From assembly GCA_964649975.1 (NCBI GenBank), contig CAZYSM010000010.1, positions 1,964 to 65,963 on the forward strand: a stretch of 64,000 nucleotides of DNA, read 5' to 3'. The position numbers and the translations under genes were made by a program. This DNA is from an uncultured Bacteroidales bacterium (GTDB lineage Bacteria > Bacteroidota > Bacteroidia > Bacteroidales > S143-33). The notes under the pieces were generated by a model. The model did no database searches, had not been told where the DNA came from, and saw only the letters and a program-made list of their open reading frames with translations. Below, piece by piece: positions 30,803 to 41,313 of this stretch (position 1 is the first letter of the stretch; each line of letters begins with the position of its first letter).

Positions 30803-33679
30803 ATGAAAAGATTTACCCTGGTATTTGTAAATTTATTGCTATTTGTAGCAGTAATCTTTGCAGGCCCTGTTGACAAGCAACAGGCACAAAAGCTTGCCGC
30901 TCAATATTTCGGTAAAATCAGCGGACAAAAATCTGTTAAATTTGACTATTCTTACACTATCTCAAAGGATAACACAAAGCTGCTTTACGTATTTGGCCGT
31001 AAAGACAAAGGATTTGTTATTGTCAGTGCCGACGATAACGCAAAACCTGTGCTGGGCTATTCTCTAAATAGCAATTTCCCTTGGCCTATTGCCAGCCCCG
31101 AAGTCAAATGGTGGATAGATGGTATTGCCGGACAAATTAAACAAATCATTGACAAAGGCATTAACAATCCTGTCTATAAAAAACAGTGGCAAGACTATCT
31201 CAACGGAAATATATCAGTACCAAAAGCACAGGTAGGTCCTCTGGTACAAACCACATGGAATCAGGATGGTGGTGATGATACTTATCCATACAACTACTTC
31301 TGTCCCTCAGGAACACCTGTCGGATGTGTTGCCACTGCTACTGCTCAAGTTTTACGATACTGGAAATACCCTGCAAAAGGACGTAGCTGGCATACATACG
31401 AACATCCCAAATACGGACGTCTATCTGCAACTTTTGACACCACTAACTATAACTGGAACGCCATGCCCCTGAACAAAAGTAGTTTCTGGGTAGCCCTGAT
31501 CAGCTATCAATTAGGCGTGGCCCTGGATATGGACTATGACCCATCTGGATCAGGGTCTTATACCTTTGATCTCACATATATACTGCCTAACTACTTCCTT
31601 TACAGCGAGGATATAATGTACTACACACGTGAATACATTGAAAAACTGCACAGCACACAAGCATGGATTGATACACTGAAAAAACAAATTGACCTTGGCT
31701 ATCCTATAATATACGCAGGTTCTGGTGACCAGGGCGGACATGCTTTCGTATGCGATGGATATGACGACCAAAACAACTTCCACTTCAACTGGGGATGGGG
31801 CGGTAGCTACGACGGATTCTTCTCCCTGGATAACCTCAATCCTGGAGGCAGTAGCTTTACCAAGAGCCAAAGCATCGTATGCAACATCCATCCTGCTACA
31901 CCGGGTAATGAACCATATTTCAAAGCTGTAAAAGTACAAAGCCCATTTGAAACAAAAACAGATGTCACCAGATATATTGATGCTGTGGACGACAATGTAG
32001 CTTACAGTGTACCAAGTAAATCCCCTGGAATTGGTAAAACTACTAATGGAGGAGCTACCTGGACATACCTGCCTCTGCCTGATGATTACAAAAACTATGG
32101 CGTTTCAATGGTTTATGCTATAAGCAGGGATACTTTATTTATTCCCATTTTTGGCAATGCAGGCGGAAATACCTACATACTCAAATCCACTGACGGCGGC
32201 AAGACCTGGACACAAGTTCTGCAAGGAGCACAGCCAGGAACAAGTTTCTTTAACGTTATACATTTCTTTGACAGTAAACACGGTATCGTTCAAGGTGACC
32301 CGGTCAACGGTGACTTTGAAATATACGTAACTTCCGATGGAGGAGATACCTGGACACGTATTGACGGGGCTAATATCCCAGACGCCCTGGATGGTGAATA
32401 CGGAACAGTTGGATATTACTACGGAGACTCCGCTAATATCTGGTTCTTTACTACAAAAGGACGTGTTTTCCGCTCCATGGACAAAGGACAAACGTGGGAC
32501 GTAAAAGAACTCGTTACACCTGCATCCTTCGGAGACCCTGAAAATAACGACCTTGCTTCAATTGCAGGCGCTGTACGCGGTGACGGTGTCGGAATACTGG
32601 CCGAAACTTATATTGAATACACTTCCACTGATACTAACTACCATTACTATTATTACAAAACAAGTGATTTTGGTGCCAACTGGACGCAATTCACTCCTAA
32701 CGGAACCGTAGGTGTGGAACAAATACGTATTATACCTACAACCCCATATTTCATCAGTGTTGGTTCAGGCATACATCTTTCGTCTGATGGAGAAAATTGG
32801 TTAGACTTGGCACCATACTATAACCTATTCTACATTAGCTCAATAGACATGGGCGCCCCAGAATATGGATACCTTGGTTCCAGCAAATGGAGCTTTAGAG
32901 AAGGAGGATGGATACTCGGCGAAAACCGAAAAGCCATACCTGACTATAAAACATCTGTTGACCGCGCCTGCACAGGTAATAATGTAGTATTTACCAACAC
33001 ATCATTGGGACTGGTTTCTTCTATTGAATGGGACTTCGGACAGGATGCCAATCCGCAAACTGCCACAGGCCCAGGACCTCATACCGTAACATATTCTACA
33101 CCTGGCGATAAAACTATCACACTTACCGTAACTGACCCTCAAGGACAACAATACATACTCACACGTAACTTCAGAGTGGATGGAGAGGTACCAGCATATA
33201 TACCTGAAATCCAGGGAGATAAAACTCCGCTCATCAACAAGTCTTATACATACTCCGTGGAGGATATGGGCGATAAATACCGCTGGACATTCCCTACTCT
33301 ATGGTCTGTTAACACATACAATGACAGTTCCGTGGCTACAGTTACTGTCAAAGGTGACCTGGGACAACAAACTATCTCTGTCACACCATACAACGGATGT
33401 GGTACTGGTCAGACAGGTAATCTAATTGTGGCTGTTGTCGGCGGTCAGGAAAAACCTTATCCTAACCCATCTTCCGACTACATTTATCTGGAAAACACTA
33501 CCGACGCCACCATTTATGTATTTAACTATCAGGGCAAACTCGTGGAAAAAATCCAGAGCAATAGTTATCTAACAGTGCTTAACGTTGCCGATAGCAAATA
33601 TACCAGCGGAGTATATACTGTGGTTATTCAAGACAAGGACGGAAACAAACGTACTGTTAAAATACTGGTAGTTAAGTAA
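30803..33679 (+). CDS. Mosaic C10-family (streptopain-like) cysteine peptidase: Spi-type propeptide + C10 catalytic domain + Asp-box beta-propeller + PKD + T9SS C-terminal sorting domain
   Basis: - Propeptide pattern: LLYVFGRKDKGFVIVSADDNAKPVLGYS.
- Catalytic Cys in TPVGCVATATAQV (TGT 31325..31327).
- Catalytic His in GGHAFVCDGYD...FHFNWGWGG (CAT 31739..31741).
- Six SxDxGxTW-type Asp-boxes.
- PKD-like WDFGQDANPQ...TVTYSTPGDKTITLTVTD.
- C-terminal PYPNPSSDYIYL...GVYTVVIQDKDGNKRTVKILVVK. Confidence 0.85.
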   Translation: MKRFTLVFVNLLLFVAVIFAGPVDKQQAQKLAAQYFGKISGQKSVKFDYSYTISKDNTKLLYVFGRKDKGFVIVSADDNAKPVLGYSLNSNFPWPIASPEVKWWIDGIAGQIKQIIDKGINNPVYKKQWQDYLNGNISVPKAQVGPLVQTTWNQDGGDDTYPYNYFCPSGTPVGCVATATAQVLRYWKYPAKGRSWHTYEHPKYGRLSATFDTTNYNWNAMPLNKSSFWVALISYQLGVALDMDYDPSGSGSYTFDLTYILPNYFLYSEDIMYYTREYIEKLHSTQAWIDTLKKQIDLGYPIIYAGSGDQGGHAFVCDGYDDQNNFHFNWGWGGSYDGFFSLDNLNPGGSSFTKSQSIVCNIHPATPGNEPYFKAVKVQSPFETKTDVTRYIDAVDDNVAYSVPSKSPGIGKTTNGGATWTYLPLPDDYKNYGVSMVYAISRDTLFIPIFGNAGGNTYILKSTDGGKTWTQVLQGAQPGTSFFNVIHFFDSKHGIVQGDPVNGDFEIYVTSDGGDTWTRIDGANIPDALDGEYGTVGYYYGDSANIWFFTTKGRVFRSMDKGQTWDVKELVTPASFGDPENNDLASIAGAVRGDGVGILAETYIEYTSTDTNYHYYYYKTSDFGANWTQFTPNGTVGVEQIRIIPTTPYFISVGSGIHLSSDGENWLDLAPYYNLFYISSIDMGAPEYGYLGSSKWSFREGGWILGENRKAIPDYKTSVDRACTGNNVVFTNTSLGLVSSIEWDFGQDANPQTATGPGPHTVTYSTPGDKTITLTVTDPQGQQYILTRNFRVDGEVPAYIPEIQGDKTPLINKSYTYSVEDMGDKYRWTFPTLWSVNTYNDSSVATVTVKGDLGQQTISVTPYNGCGTGQTGNLIVAVVGGQEKPYPNPSSDYIYLENTTDATIYVFNYQGKLVEKIQSNSYLTVLNVADSKYTSGVYTVVIQDKDGNKRTVKILVVK

Positions 33680-33680
33680 T

Positions 33681-33711
33681 AAAAAAAGCCGCCTCGGAGG
33701 CGGCTTTTTTT
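33681..33711. terminator. Bidirectional rho-independent terminator (C10 peptidase / dfx)
   Basis: A7-GCCGCCT-CGG-AGGCGGC-T7. The stem 33688..33694 pairs perfectly with 33698..33704. Confidence 0.85.
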
Positions 33712-33726
33712 ATTTTAGCATATTTT

Positions 33727-34110
33727 TTACATACTGCCTTTCCACAATCCGTGGATATTGCAGAACTCACGGGCATAAACATCTTTTCCTTCCGGAACTT
33801 CAAATTCTGCCTTGGGATCATCACCCGGATTGAGGAACTGACGATATACCTTGCCGTCAACTACCAGCTCAATCCATTCAATATAGTGCTTTTCCTCCAT
33901 TGGATGAGCCTGGTTCTCACCTACTTTAACAACGTATTTGTTGCCAACACGCTCAATAAAAGGAACGTGCTTCTCGGTAGAACTCTCTGCTGTTTTTTCT
34001 TCCAACAGCTTCATTGGCTGGCCACAGCAATAAAGCTCGCCACCGCCAACGTGCAGCAGTTCAACAATATTACCGCAAACTTCGCATTTATAAACTTGTA
34101 ATTTTTCCAT
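33727..34110 (-). CDS. dfx: Desulfoferrodoxin (2Fe superoxide reductase)
   Basis: N-terminal desulforedoxin CxxC...CC centre ([11 protein letters not shown]...LYCCGQPM). The C-terminal SOR centre ligands are [16 protein letters not shown] and CNIHGLW. Confidence 0.9.
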   Translation of the reverse strand: MEKLQVYKCEVCGNIVELLHVGGGELYCCGQPMKLLEEKTAESSTEKHVPFIERVGNKYVVKVGENQAHPMEEKHYIEWIELVVDGKVYRQFLNPGDDPKAEFEVPEGKDVYAREFCNIHGLWKGSM

Positions 34111-34140
34111 AATCGTAAAGTTTTTTAGTTTTCACTATTT

Positions 34141-34148
34141 CAAAGATA
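34141..34148 (-). promoter_or_regulatory. Candidate -7 promoter box TATCTTTG for dfx
   Basis: The minus strand reads TATCTTTG and matches TAnnTTTG. It lies 30 nt upstream of ATG 34110. I saw no good -33 TTTG. Confidence 0.3.
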
Positions 34149-34181
34149 AAAAAAGGAGCGGAATTAAAAAAAACCGCTCCT
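34146..34181 (-). terminator. Rho-independent terminator downstream of prx
   Basis: On the minus strand: AGGAGCGG, a 12-nt loop, CCGCTCCT, then T8. The stem 34154..34161 pairs with 34174..34181. Confidence 0.6.
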
Positions 34182-34197
34182 TAAATTTTCAGAAAAA

Positions 34198-34857
34198 TTA
34201 GTCAAGTTTCTTGTAGCAGAGCCACCAGTCGTAGCACTCAATCTCGCCCTTGCTCTGGGCAGCTTCTCTCTGAGCCTTTTCATCAATGCTGGCTGCGGGC
34301 GGAACAATAACTTTGTCACCAATAAGCTCGTTATTTGGCCAGTTAGCTGGCATAGCAACGCCATTCTCTGTGGATACCTGCAATGCTTTGAGAGCGCGCA
34401 GTATTTCGTCCATATTACGTCCCAGCTCTGCTGGATAGTAGATAATAGCGCGGATAATGCCGTTAGGGTCAATAAAGAATACTGCACGTACTGTGTTCTT
34501 CATTCCTTCCTTAATCATTCCAAGAGCAGCTGCAATATCACCACGGTCGTCAGCAATAATCGGGAATTCAATTTTTACTCCCAACTTCTCTTCAATCCAT
34601 TCCATCCACTTGATGTGAGAGAATACCTGGTCAATAGACAGACCCAGCAGCTCGGCATTCAATTTCTTGAACTCATCATAACGCTTCTGGAAAGCAACAA
34701 ATTCTGTTGTACATACAGGTGTGAAATCTGCTGGATGGCTGAACAAAATAAGCCATTTGCCTTTATAATCGTCGGGCAGCTTCTTTACGCCGTGTGTGGT
34801 TACTACTTCAAGTGCAGGAAATTTTTCCCCAATCAAAAGGTTAGTTAACTTTTCCAT
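34198..34857 (-). CDS. Peroxiredoxin (1-Cys / Prx6-like)
   Basis: Peroxidatic Cys motif [14 protein letters not shown]. The ~219-aa length and C-terminal extension are typical of 1-Cys Prx. Confidence 0.88.
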   Translation of the reverse strand: MEKLTNLLIGEKFPALEVVTTHGVKKLPDDYKGKWLILFSHPADFTPVCTTEFVAFQKRYDEFKKLNAELLGLSIDQVFSHIKWMEWIEEKLGVKIEFPIIADDRGDIAAALGMIKEGMKNTVRAVFFIDPNGIIRAIIYYPAELGRNMDEILRALKALQVSTENGVAMPANWPNNELIGDKVIVPPAASIDEKAQREAAQSKGEIECYDWWLCYKKLD

Positions 34858-34895
34858 AGTTCTGTGTTTTTTTGGTTTTGTTTAATTTGACATTA

Positions 34896-34925
34896 CAAAG
34901 ATAATTATTTTAGAATAATTCCAAA
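34896..34925 (-). promoter_or_regulatory. Candidate prx promoter (TTTG-N18-TATCTTTG) enclosing an AT palindrome
   Basis: On the minus strand, TATCTTTG is 34903..34896 and TTTG is 34925..34922. The inverted repeat AATTATT-N4-AATAATT (34903..34920) fills the spacer. Confidence 0.35.
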
Positions 34926-35024
34926 ATAAAAATCTTTATATTTTACATTTTTTAACTTTTCTTTATTGACATATTAAATTTATAAAAATATTTTCAAGTA
35001 AACTGTTAAAAAAATCAAAGAATT

Positions 35025-35558
35025 ATGAGAACTAAAACATTATTAATCAGCATCTTAATCGCAACGCTTATCCTCCCGGGATGCTTCCTCAAAAAAAGCA
35101 TTACTTTTTACGTTAACGACAGCACAGAAACAACTATCCCGGCCACTATTCCACTGGGTATTCCTTTCAACCTGCCTATCCCAACTGTCTCTACATCAGC
35201 CACTCAGGATTTTGAAAACAACAACACCACGCCCGACCTCATTACCAGCGTCTCCCTTGACCAGCTGACCATCACCATTACAAATCCCCCTGACCAGAAC
35301 TTCTCTTTCCTCAAAGAAATTTACATTTACATTCAATATCCCGACGGCAGCAATGAAAAGCTAATCGCCTCAAAGACAAACATTTCATCTTCTGCAAAAA
35401 GCATTGACCTGGACGTTACCAACGAAAACCTCGTGCCATACCTCCAACAAAGCGGATATAAAATCAGAACCAAAGTCAAAGTCAGCCAGGCTCTTACCCA
35501 CGATGTTAATATTCGTATAGACCTACGTTTCAAGGTCACGGCACAATTGATTAAATAA
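35025..35558 (+). CDS. Hypothetical lipoprotein
   Basis: Lipobox LILPGC. The mature part is beta-rich. No family recognised. Confidence 0.5.
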   Translation: MRTKTLLISILIATLILPGCFLKKSITFYVNDSTETTIPATIPLGIPFNLPIPTVSTSATQDFENNNTTPDLITSVSLDQLTITITNPPDQNFSFLKEIYIYIQYPDGSNEKLIASKTNISSSAKSIDLDVTNENLVPYLQQSGYKIRTKVKVSQALTHDVNIRIDLRFKVTAQLIK

Positions 35559-35562
35559 GTTC

Positions 35563-35731
35563 TGGGCGTGCCCCGCGGCCTGCGGCCGGGGGTCGGTCTA
35601 CGGCTGCGGCCATCCTCGGCTGTGGCCTGTGCCGCTAAGATGCGGCTGCGGTGGCTTACTCCGCTCGCCTCCTCGCCGCAGCGGCACTAAGGCCACAGCC
35701 TTCGTCTTGCCTCCGCCTCCGCCCTCACGCA
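35563..35731. other. GC-rich structured intergenic element (REP/MITE-like repeat or structured RNA), function unknown
   Basis: My hand count is 123 G+C in 170 nt (35561..35730), about 72%, inside an AT-rich genome. It has nested inverted repeats. GGCTGTGGCCTGTGCCGCT (35618..35636) pairs with AGCGGCACTAAGGCCACAGCC (35680..35700). A second hairpin, CCCCGCGGCC/GGCCGGGG, lies at 35571..35591. GCGGCC/GCGGCT repeats recur through the element. Confidence 0.6.
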
Positions 35732-35816
35732 AAACACTGTTTTTCACTCTACCATTACCAGAAAATTTTCGCTTTTTTTACTAACTTTGTCGGCTAAAAG
35801 CATTGACAATAGCACA

Positions 35817-38636
35817 ATGGATAAAATAGAAGTTTTCGGAGCACGCGAAAATAACCTCAAAAATATTGACGTCACAATACCCCATAATAAACTTACCGTT
35901 ATCACAGGCCTGAGCGGTAGCGGAAAATCCTCCCTGGCTTTTGACACAATTTATGCCGAAGGACAACGCCGCTATCTGGAAACATTCAACGCTTACGCAC
36001 GCCAGTTCCTCGGAGTGCTCAAACGTCCGGACGTGGATAAAATAAACGGACTGGCGCCTGTTATAGCTATTGAACAAAAAACTGTCAGCAAAAATCCCCG
36101 TTCTACTGTTGGCACAATTACTGAAATATACGATTTTATGCGTCTGTGGTTCGCTCGTGCTGCCACAGCTTATTCCTACGTCACCGGCGAGGAAATGGTT
36201 AAATACACCGACGACCAGATCGTGGAACTTATCCGGAAAAATTACGGCGGAAAAAAACTTCTTATCCTCGCCCCTGTCGTAAAAGCACGAAAAGGACATT
36301 ACAAGGAACTGCTGGAAAAATACTTCAAACTCGGTTTCTCGCAGGCACGAATAGATGGACAGCTAACAGAGATAACACCCGGAATGCGCCTGCAACGCTA
36401 CAAAACACACAACATTGAAATTGTTATTGATAAAATCGTTGTGCCACAGACACAGTCCGACAGCGGCGGAATAAAACGCCTGAAAAAATCCGTGGAACTG
36501 GCTATGAAACACGGAAAAGGCGTTATCCTGGTGATGGAAAAAGACTCCGGACAAATACGGTATTACAGCCGCAAACTGATGTGTCCCTCTTCCGGAATAT
36601 CTTACGATGAACCTGCTCCAAACACCTTTTCCTTCAACTCTCCCGAAGGATACTGCCCAAAATGTAAAGGACTGGGTTATATTGAACAAATTGATATAAA
36701 AAAGCTAATTCCTGACCCAAATAAATCTATCCGCGATGGCGGCATTGCGCCATTGGGAAGGTTCCGTTCCAGTGTGCTTTTCTGGCAAATTGACGAAATA
36801 CTAAAACAAGACGGATTTTCCTTGCAAACGCCCATAAAAGACATTCCGCCCGAGACAATGGACAAAATCCTGCACGGAACAGATCAGACCCTGCGGCTTA
36901 GCTCAACACCTCTGGGCGATCTGGCTAAATATTACACCAAATACGAAGGTATTGTCAATGAACTACTCTATGGCGCGCTGTCGGAAAAAGGCGAAAAACT
37001 ACGGGATTATTTTCACAAACAAACTTGCCCGGTATGCCACGGAACACGCCTCAAGCAGGAAGCCCTCCACTTCCGTATTGACGGAAAAAATATTGCCGAA
37101 CTGGCTGAGATGGACATTGAACAGCTCTACCAATGGCTGGAAAACATTGAACAACGTCTATCACCAGCACAAAGGGAAATATCCGCCGAGATACTCAAAG
37201 AAATCCGTTCGCGCCTGAAATTCCTGGTGGATGTTGGCGTGGGCTACCTGTCGCTGAACCGGCCGGCTGCTACCCTTTCGGGTGGAGAGGCACAACGTAT
37301 CCGTCTGGCTACACAGATAGGATCACAGCTGGTAAACGTGCTATATATCCTGGACGAGCCCAGCATAGGCCTGCATCCGCGGGATAACCTCCGGCTGATT
37401 AACTCTCTCAAACGCCTGCGCGACGCCGAAAATACCGTCATAGTTGTGGAACACGACGAGGAAATTATGCATCAGGCCGATTACCTCATTGATATGGGCC
37501 CTGGCGCCGGACGCTGCGGCGGTCACGTGGTAGCAGCCGGAGAACCCGGAAAAGTTATGCAGTCCGACTCGCTCACTGCACAATACATCAGCGGACGAAA
37601 AAAAATCCCTGTGCCTCAACAACGGCGTAAAGGCAATGGTAAATTCCTTACCATCCACGGCGCTCGCGGAAATAATCTGAAAAACATTACTGTTTCCTTT
37701 CCGCTGGGCACATTCATCTGTGTGACAGGCGTTTCGGGCAGCGGAAAATCCACACTTATCAATGACACACTCTATCCTGCCCTGGCACAGAAATTATACA
37801 AGTCATCACTCACTCCGCTGGATTACGACAGTATAGATGGACTGGAACATATCAACAAAGTAGTGGTAGTGGACCAGGCACCTATCGGACGCACCCCACG
37901 TTCCAATCCTGCCACTTATACAAAAGTCTTTACGGATATACGGCAAGTTTTTGCACAAACCCCTGTGGCCAAAATCCGTGGATATACCCCGAGCACCTTT
38001 TCATTTAACGTGCGCGGAGGACGCTGCGAAACCTGTAAGGGATCCGGCGTGCAGGTTGTGGAGATGAAACTCATTCCGGATGTGTATGTCACCTGCCCTG
38101 ATTGCCGAGGCAAACGCTATACTCCTGAGACACTGGAAGTGCGTTACAAAGGCAAGAGCATTGCCGACGTACTGGATATGACTGTTAATCAAGCTATAGA
38201 ATTCTTTGAAAATCATCCCAAAATCCTGCAAATTTTGCAAGCTCTGCAAGACGTGGGGCTTGGCTATATCAAGCTTGGACAAAGCTCCACAACCCTCTCG
38301 GGCGGAGAGGCTCAACGGGTAAAACTTGCAGCAGAGCTTGCCAAACGTTCCACTGGCAAAACACTTTATATCCTGGATGAGCCCACAACAGGTATGCACT
38401 TTGCCGATATAGAAAAATTATTAAACGTGCTACACCGCCTCACCGACAAGGGAAACACTGTCATCGTCATTGAGCACAACCTGGACGTAATAAAAAATGC
38501 CGACTGGATAATAGACCTGGGGCCCGAAGGAGGCCGCTTTGGTGGAGAGGTGGTATGCGCAGGCACACCAGAGCAGGTTGCTAAATGCCAAAAAGGTCAC
38601 ACTGCCGGGTTTCTCAGACAAGTATTAAGCAAATAA
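35817..38636 (+). CDS. uvrA: Excinuclease ABC subunit A
   Basis: Two ABC ATPase modules (GLSGSGKSS; GVSGSGKST; LSGGEAQR twice; [10 protein letters not shown] / [10 protein letters not shown]) and zinc modules (CPKCKGLG; CPVCHG; CETCKGSG...CPDCRG). The track start at 35787 is a TTG, so I chose ATG 35817 ([17 protein letters not shown]). Confidence 0.97.
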   Translation: MDKIEVFGARENNLKNIDVTIPHNKLTVITGLSGSGKSSLAFDTIYAEGQRRYLETFNAYARQFLGVLKRPDVDKINGLAPVIAIEQKTVSKNPRSTVGTITEIYDFMRLWFARAATAYSYVTGEEMVKYTDDQIVELIRKNYGGKKLLILAPVVKARKGHYKELLEKYFKLGFSQARIDGQLTEITPGMRLQRYKTHNIEIVIDKIVVPQTQSDSGGIKRLKKSVELAMKHGKGVILVMEKDSGQIRYYSRKLMCPSSGISYDEPAPNTFSFNSPEGYCPKCKGLGYIEQIDIKKLIPDPNKSIRDGGIAPLGRFRSSVLFWQIDEILKQDGFSLQTPIKDIPPETMDKILHGTDQTLRLSSTPLGDLAKYYTKYEGIVNELLYGALSEKGEKLRDYFHKQTCPVCHGTRLKQEALHFRIDGKNIAELAEMDIEQLYQWLENIEQRLSPAQREISAEILKEIRSRLKFLVDVGVGYLSLNRPAATLSGGEAQRIRLATQIGSQLVNVLYILDEPSIGLHPRDNLRLINSLKRLRDAENTVIVVEHDEEIMHQADYLIDMGPGAGRCGGHVVAAGEPGKVMQSDSLTAQYISGRKKIPVPQQRRKGNGKFLTIHGARGNNLKNITVSFPLGTFICVTGVSGSGKSTLINDTLYPALAQKLYKSSLTPLDYDSIDGLEHINKVVVVDQAPIGRTPRSNPATYTKVFTDIRQVFAQTPVAKIRGYTPSTFSFNVRGGRCETCKGSGVQVVEMKLIPDVYVTCPDCRGKRYTPETLEVRYKGKSIADVLDMTVNQAIEFFENHPKILQILQALQDVGLGYIKLGQSSTTLSGGEAQRVKLAAELAKRSTGKTLYILDEPTTGMHFADIEKLLNVLHRLTDKGNTVIVIEHNLDVIKNADWIIDLGPEGGRFGGEVVCAGTPEQVAKCQKGHTAGFLRQVLSK

Positions 38637-38663
38637 ACCTGGAACACTAACCTGAGTATAAAC

Positions 38664-38704
38664 AAAAAATGGAGGCTGGCCCAGAGGGCAGCCTCCATTT
38701 TTTA
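38664..38704. terminator. Bidirectional rho-independent terminator (uvrA / clpB)
   Basis: A-run, then ATGGAGGCTGGCCC-AGA-GGGCAGCCTCCAT, then T6. The stem has about 12 bp with one bulged G. Confidence 0.8.
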
Positions 38705-38716
38705 TATCAGACAAAA

Positions 38717-41305
38717 TTAGTTGCGGAATACCAGATGGTCGTTTTCCACGTCAATGATGATTGGCTTAGCGCGGTCAACCTCGTCGGCAATGAGCTTCTT
38801 AGCAAGCTCATTAAGCACTTCACGCTGCATAACACGGCGTATCGGACGGGCACCAAAGACCGGATCATATCCAACACGTGCAACCCAGTCAATAGCTGCA
38901 TCAGTCATCTCAGCCTCAATATTCTGTTCTTTGAGCAGTTTACGGATACGGTTAAACTGCAGCATAACAATTTCGCGTACCTGTTCGCGTGAAAGCGGTT
39001 TGAACATTATAATCTCGTCCACACGGTTAATGAATTCCGGCGGCAGAGTGGTCTTGAGCAAGTCCAGAACGCGGTCTTCTGTCTCCTGCAGCACTTGTTC
39101 GCGGTTATCATCACGCAGCCGCTTAATGGCATCCAGGATATAGTGTGAACCGAGGTTAGATGTCATAATTATGATAGTGTTCTTAAAGTCCACGGTACGG
39201 CCTTTGTTATCAGTCAAGCGGCCATCATCAAGCACCTGCAGAAGGATATTAAACACGTCTTTATGGGCTTTTTCAATCTCATCCAACAGGATAACGGAAT
39301 AAGGACGTCTGCGCACTGCCTCAGTAAGCTGTCCGCCTTCTTCATAACCCACATATCCTGGAGGCGCACCAATAAGACGGGATACACTATGACGTTCCTG
39401 GTATTCGGACATATCAATACGTATCATAGCCTTTTCGTCATCAAACAGCGCCTCAGCCAGAGCTTTTGCCAGCTCGGTTTTACCAACACCCGTAGAACCA
39501 AGGAAAATGAAAGACCCAAGCGGACGGTTCTGGTCAGCCAATCCGGCACGGCTACGGCGCACAGCATCAGCCACAGCACGGATAGCTTCGTCCTGACCAA
39601 CAACGCGCTGGTGCAATACCTCCTCCAGGTGCAATAATTTCTCTTTCTCGGTCTGCATCAGCTTGCTCACCGGAATACCGGTCCAACGGCTAACAACCTC
39701 AGCAATATCCTCATAGTCCACTTCCTCGCGGATAAGCGGATTTTCACCCTGTACCTTTTTCAGTTCTTCCTGCAGTTGTTCAATTTCTTTCTGTGCCTGC
39801 GGAATACGGCCATAACGCAGCTCGGCTACGTAGTTGAAATTACCTTCGCGTTCGGCTTTTTCGGCTTCAAACTTAAAACGTTCAATATCTTCCTTGAGCT
39901 TTTGTATTTTGGTCAAGATGTCTTTTTCCATCCGCCATTTGGCCTCCAGTTCGGAACGTTTCTGCTTGAGTTCAGCAATCTTTTCCTCAATAACCTTTAG
40001 CCGATCGCTGTGCTTATCTTTGACCAGAGCAGCACGTTCTATTTCCAGCTGACGGATCTGGCTATCCAGTTCATCAATAGGAGCAGGCACGGAATCCATT
40101 TCCAGACGCAGCTTAGCAGCAGCTTCATCAATAAGGTCAATAGCCTTGTCGGGCAAATAACGGTCGGTAATGTAGCGGATACTCAGATCCACGGATCCAA
40201 TAATAGCGTCATCAGTAATACGCACTTTATGGTGATTTTCGTAGCGCTCTTTCAGTCCACGCAAAATAGCGATAGCAGCGGCACGGTCTGGCTCGTCCAC
40301 CATAACCTTCTGGAAACGACGTTCCAGAGCCTTGTCTTTTTCAAAATATTTCTGGAATTCGTCCAGAGTAGTAGCACCAATAGCGCGTAATTCTCCACGA
40401 GCCAGAGCAGGCTTAAGGATATTAGCAGCATCCATAGCACCCTGACTACGTCCTGCTCCCACGAGAGTGTGTATCTCGTCAATGAATAGGATTATCTCTC
40501 CATCGGACTGAACTACTTCCTTGACCACAGATTTAAGACGTTCCTCAAATTCGCCCTGATACTTAGCACCAGCAATCAAAGCTCCCATATCCAGAGCGTA
40601 TATAGTCTTGGTTTTGAGGTTTTCAGGCACCTCTCCTTTTACAATACGCTGAGCAATACCTTCTACAATAGCAGTTTTACCCACGCCAGGGTCACCAACG
40701 AGTACCGGGTTGTTCTTGGTACGGCGCGAGAGTATTTGCAATACACGACGTATTTCCTCATCACGTCCGATAACCGGGTCAAGTTTGCCTTTCTGAGCCT
40801 GTTCGTTAAGGTTTATAGCGTATTTGGACAGAGCCTGATAAGTTTCTTCGGCGGTTTGCGAAGTAACTTTCTGTCCTTTACGCAAATCTTTAATAGCAGC
40901 CCGGAGTTCCTTTTCGGTCACTCCAGCATCCTTCATAGCCTGGGATACCTGGTCATTAGCCAGAAGTATTCCCAGGATAATATACTCCAGAGAAGCATAT
41001 TCATCCCCGTCCTTTTTGGACTGGTTAATAGCCTCGCGCAGGGCAAAAGAAGCCGAATTGGACAGATAAGGTTCTCCTCCCTGCACACGGGGATAGGAAC
41101 TAATAATACTATCCAGGACACGCCTGAAGTTTTCCAGATTCACTCCTAACTTTTTAAACAAAAAGTTAGGCACATTTTCATCAGTTTCAAAAACAGCCTT
41201 AAGCAGGTGGCCGTTTTCAATAGCCTGATGCCCATATCCCTGGGCAATAGTAAAAGCGTGTTGTATAGCTTCTTGAGCTTTTATTGTGAAGTTATCAAGT
41301 TTCAT
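38717..41305 (-). CDS. clpB: ATP-dependent chaperone / disaggregase ClpB
   Basis: Two AAA+ modules ([17 protein letters not shown]; [20 protein letters not shown]) flank the long coiled-coil middle domain. Trimmed to ATG 41305 ([18 protein letters not shown]), which is preceded by AGGAGG. Confidence 0.97.
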   Translation of the reverse strand: MKLDNFTIKAQEAIQHAFTIAQGYGHQAIENGHLLKAVFETDENVPNFLFKKLGVNLENFRRVLDSIISSYPRVQGGEPYLSNSASFALREAINQSKKDGDEYASLEYIILGILLANDQVSQAMKDAGVTEKELRAAIKDLRKGQKVTSQTAEETYQALSKYAINLNEQAQKGKLDPVIGRDEEIRRVLQILSRRTKNNPVLVGDPGVGKTAIVEGIAQRIVKGEVPENLKTKTIYALDMGALIAGAKYQGEFEERLKSVVKEVVQSDGEIILFIDEIHTLVGAGRSQGAMDAANILKPALARGELRAIGATTLDEFQKYFEKDKALERRFQKVMVDEPDRAAAIAILRGLKERYENHHKVRITDDAIIGSVDLSIRYITDRYLPDKAIDLIDEAAAKLRLEMDSVPAPIDELDSQIRQLEIERAALVKDKHSDRLKVIEEKIAELKQKRSELEAKWRMEKDILTKIQKLKEDIERFKFEAEKAEREGNFNYVAELRYGRIPQAQKEIEQLQEELKKVQGENPLIREEVDYEDIAEVVSRWTGIPVSKLMQTEKEKLLHLEEVLHQRVVGQDEAIRAVADAVRRSRAGLADQNRPLGSFIFLGSTGVGKTELAKALAEALFDDEKAMIRIDMSEYQERHSVSRLIGAPPGYVGYEEGGQLTEAVRRRPYSVILLDEIEKAHKDVFNILLQVLDDGRLTDNKGRTVDFKNTIIIMTSNLGSHYILDAIKRLRDDNREQVLQETEDRVLDLLKTTLPPEFINRVDEIIMFKPLSREQVREIVMLQFNRIRKLLKEQNIEAEMTDAAIDWVARVGYDPVFGARPIRRVMQREVLNELAKKLIADEVDRAKPIIIDVENDHLVFRN

Positions 41306-41313
41306 AGGCAATT

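Noticed and set aside
35563-35731. Whether the GC-rich element is a CRISPR array, tRNA or other known RNA gene
   Set aside because: It has no regularly spaced direct repeats with unique spacers. It has no cloverleaf or T-loop (GTTCRA) signature. I could recognise no SRP, 6S, tmRNA or RNase P hallmarks. I kept it as an unclassified structured element instead.
35744-36299. Two minus-strand ORFs (67 and 172 aa) near the uvrA start
   Set aside because: Both are antisense to the uvrA N-terminal ATPase module, and neither has family features. I also dropped the TTG-initiated 10-aa extension of uvrA (35787..35816) in favour of ATG 35817.
38669-38992. 107-aa plus-strand ORF spanning the uvrA/clpB terminator
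   Set aside because: It starts inside the terminator hairpin and continues antisense to the clpB 3' end, so it is not credible.
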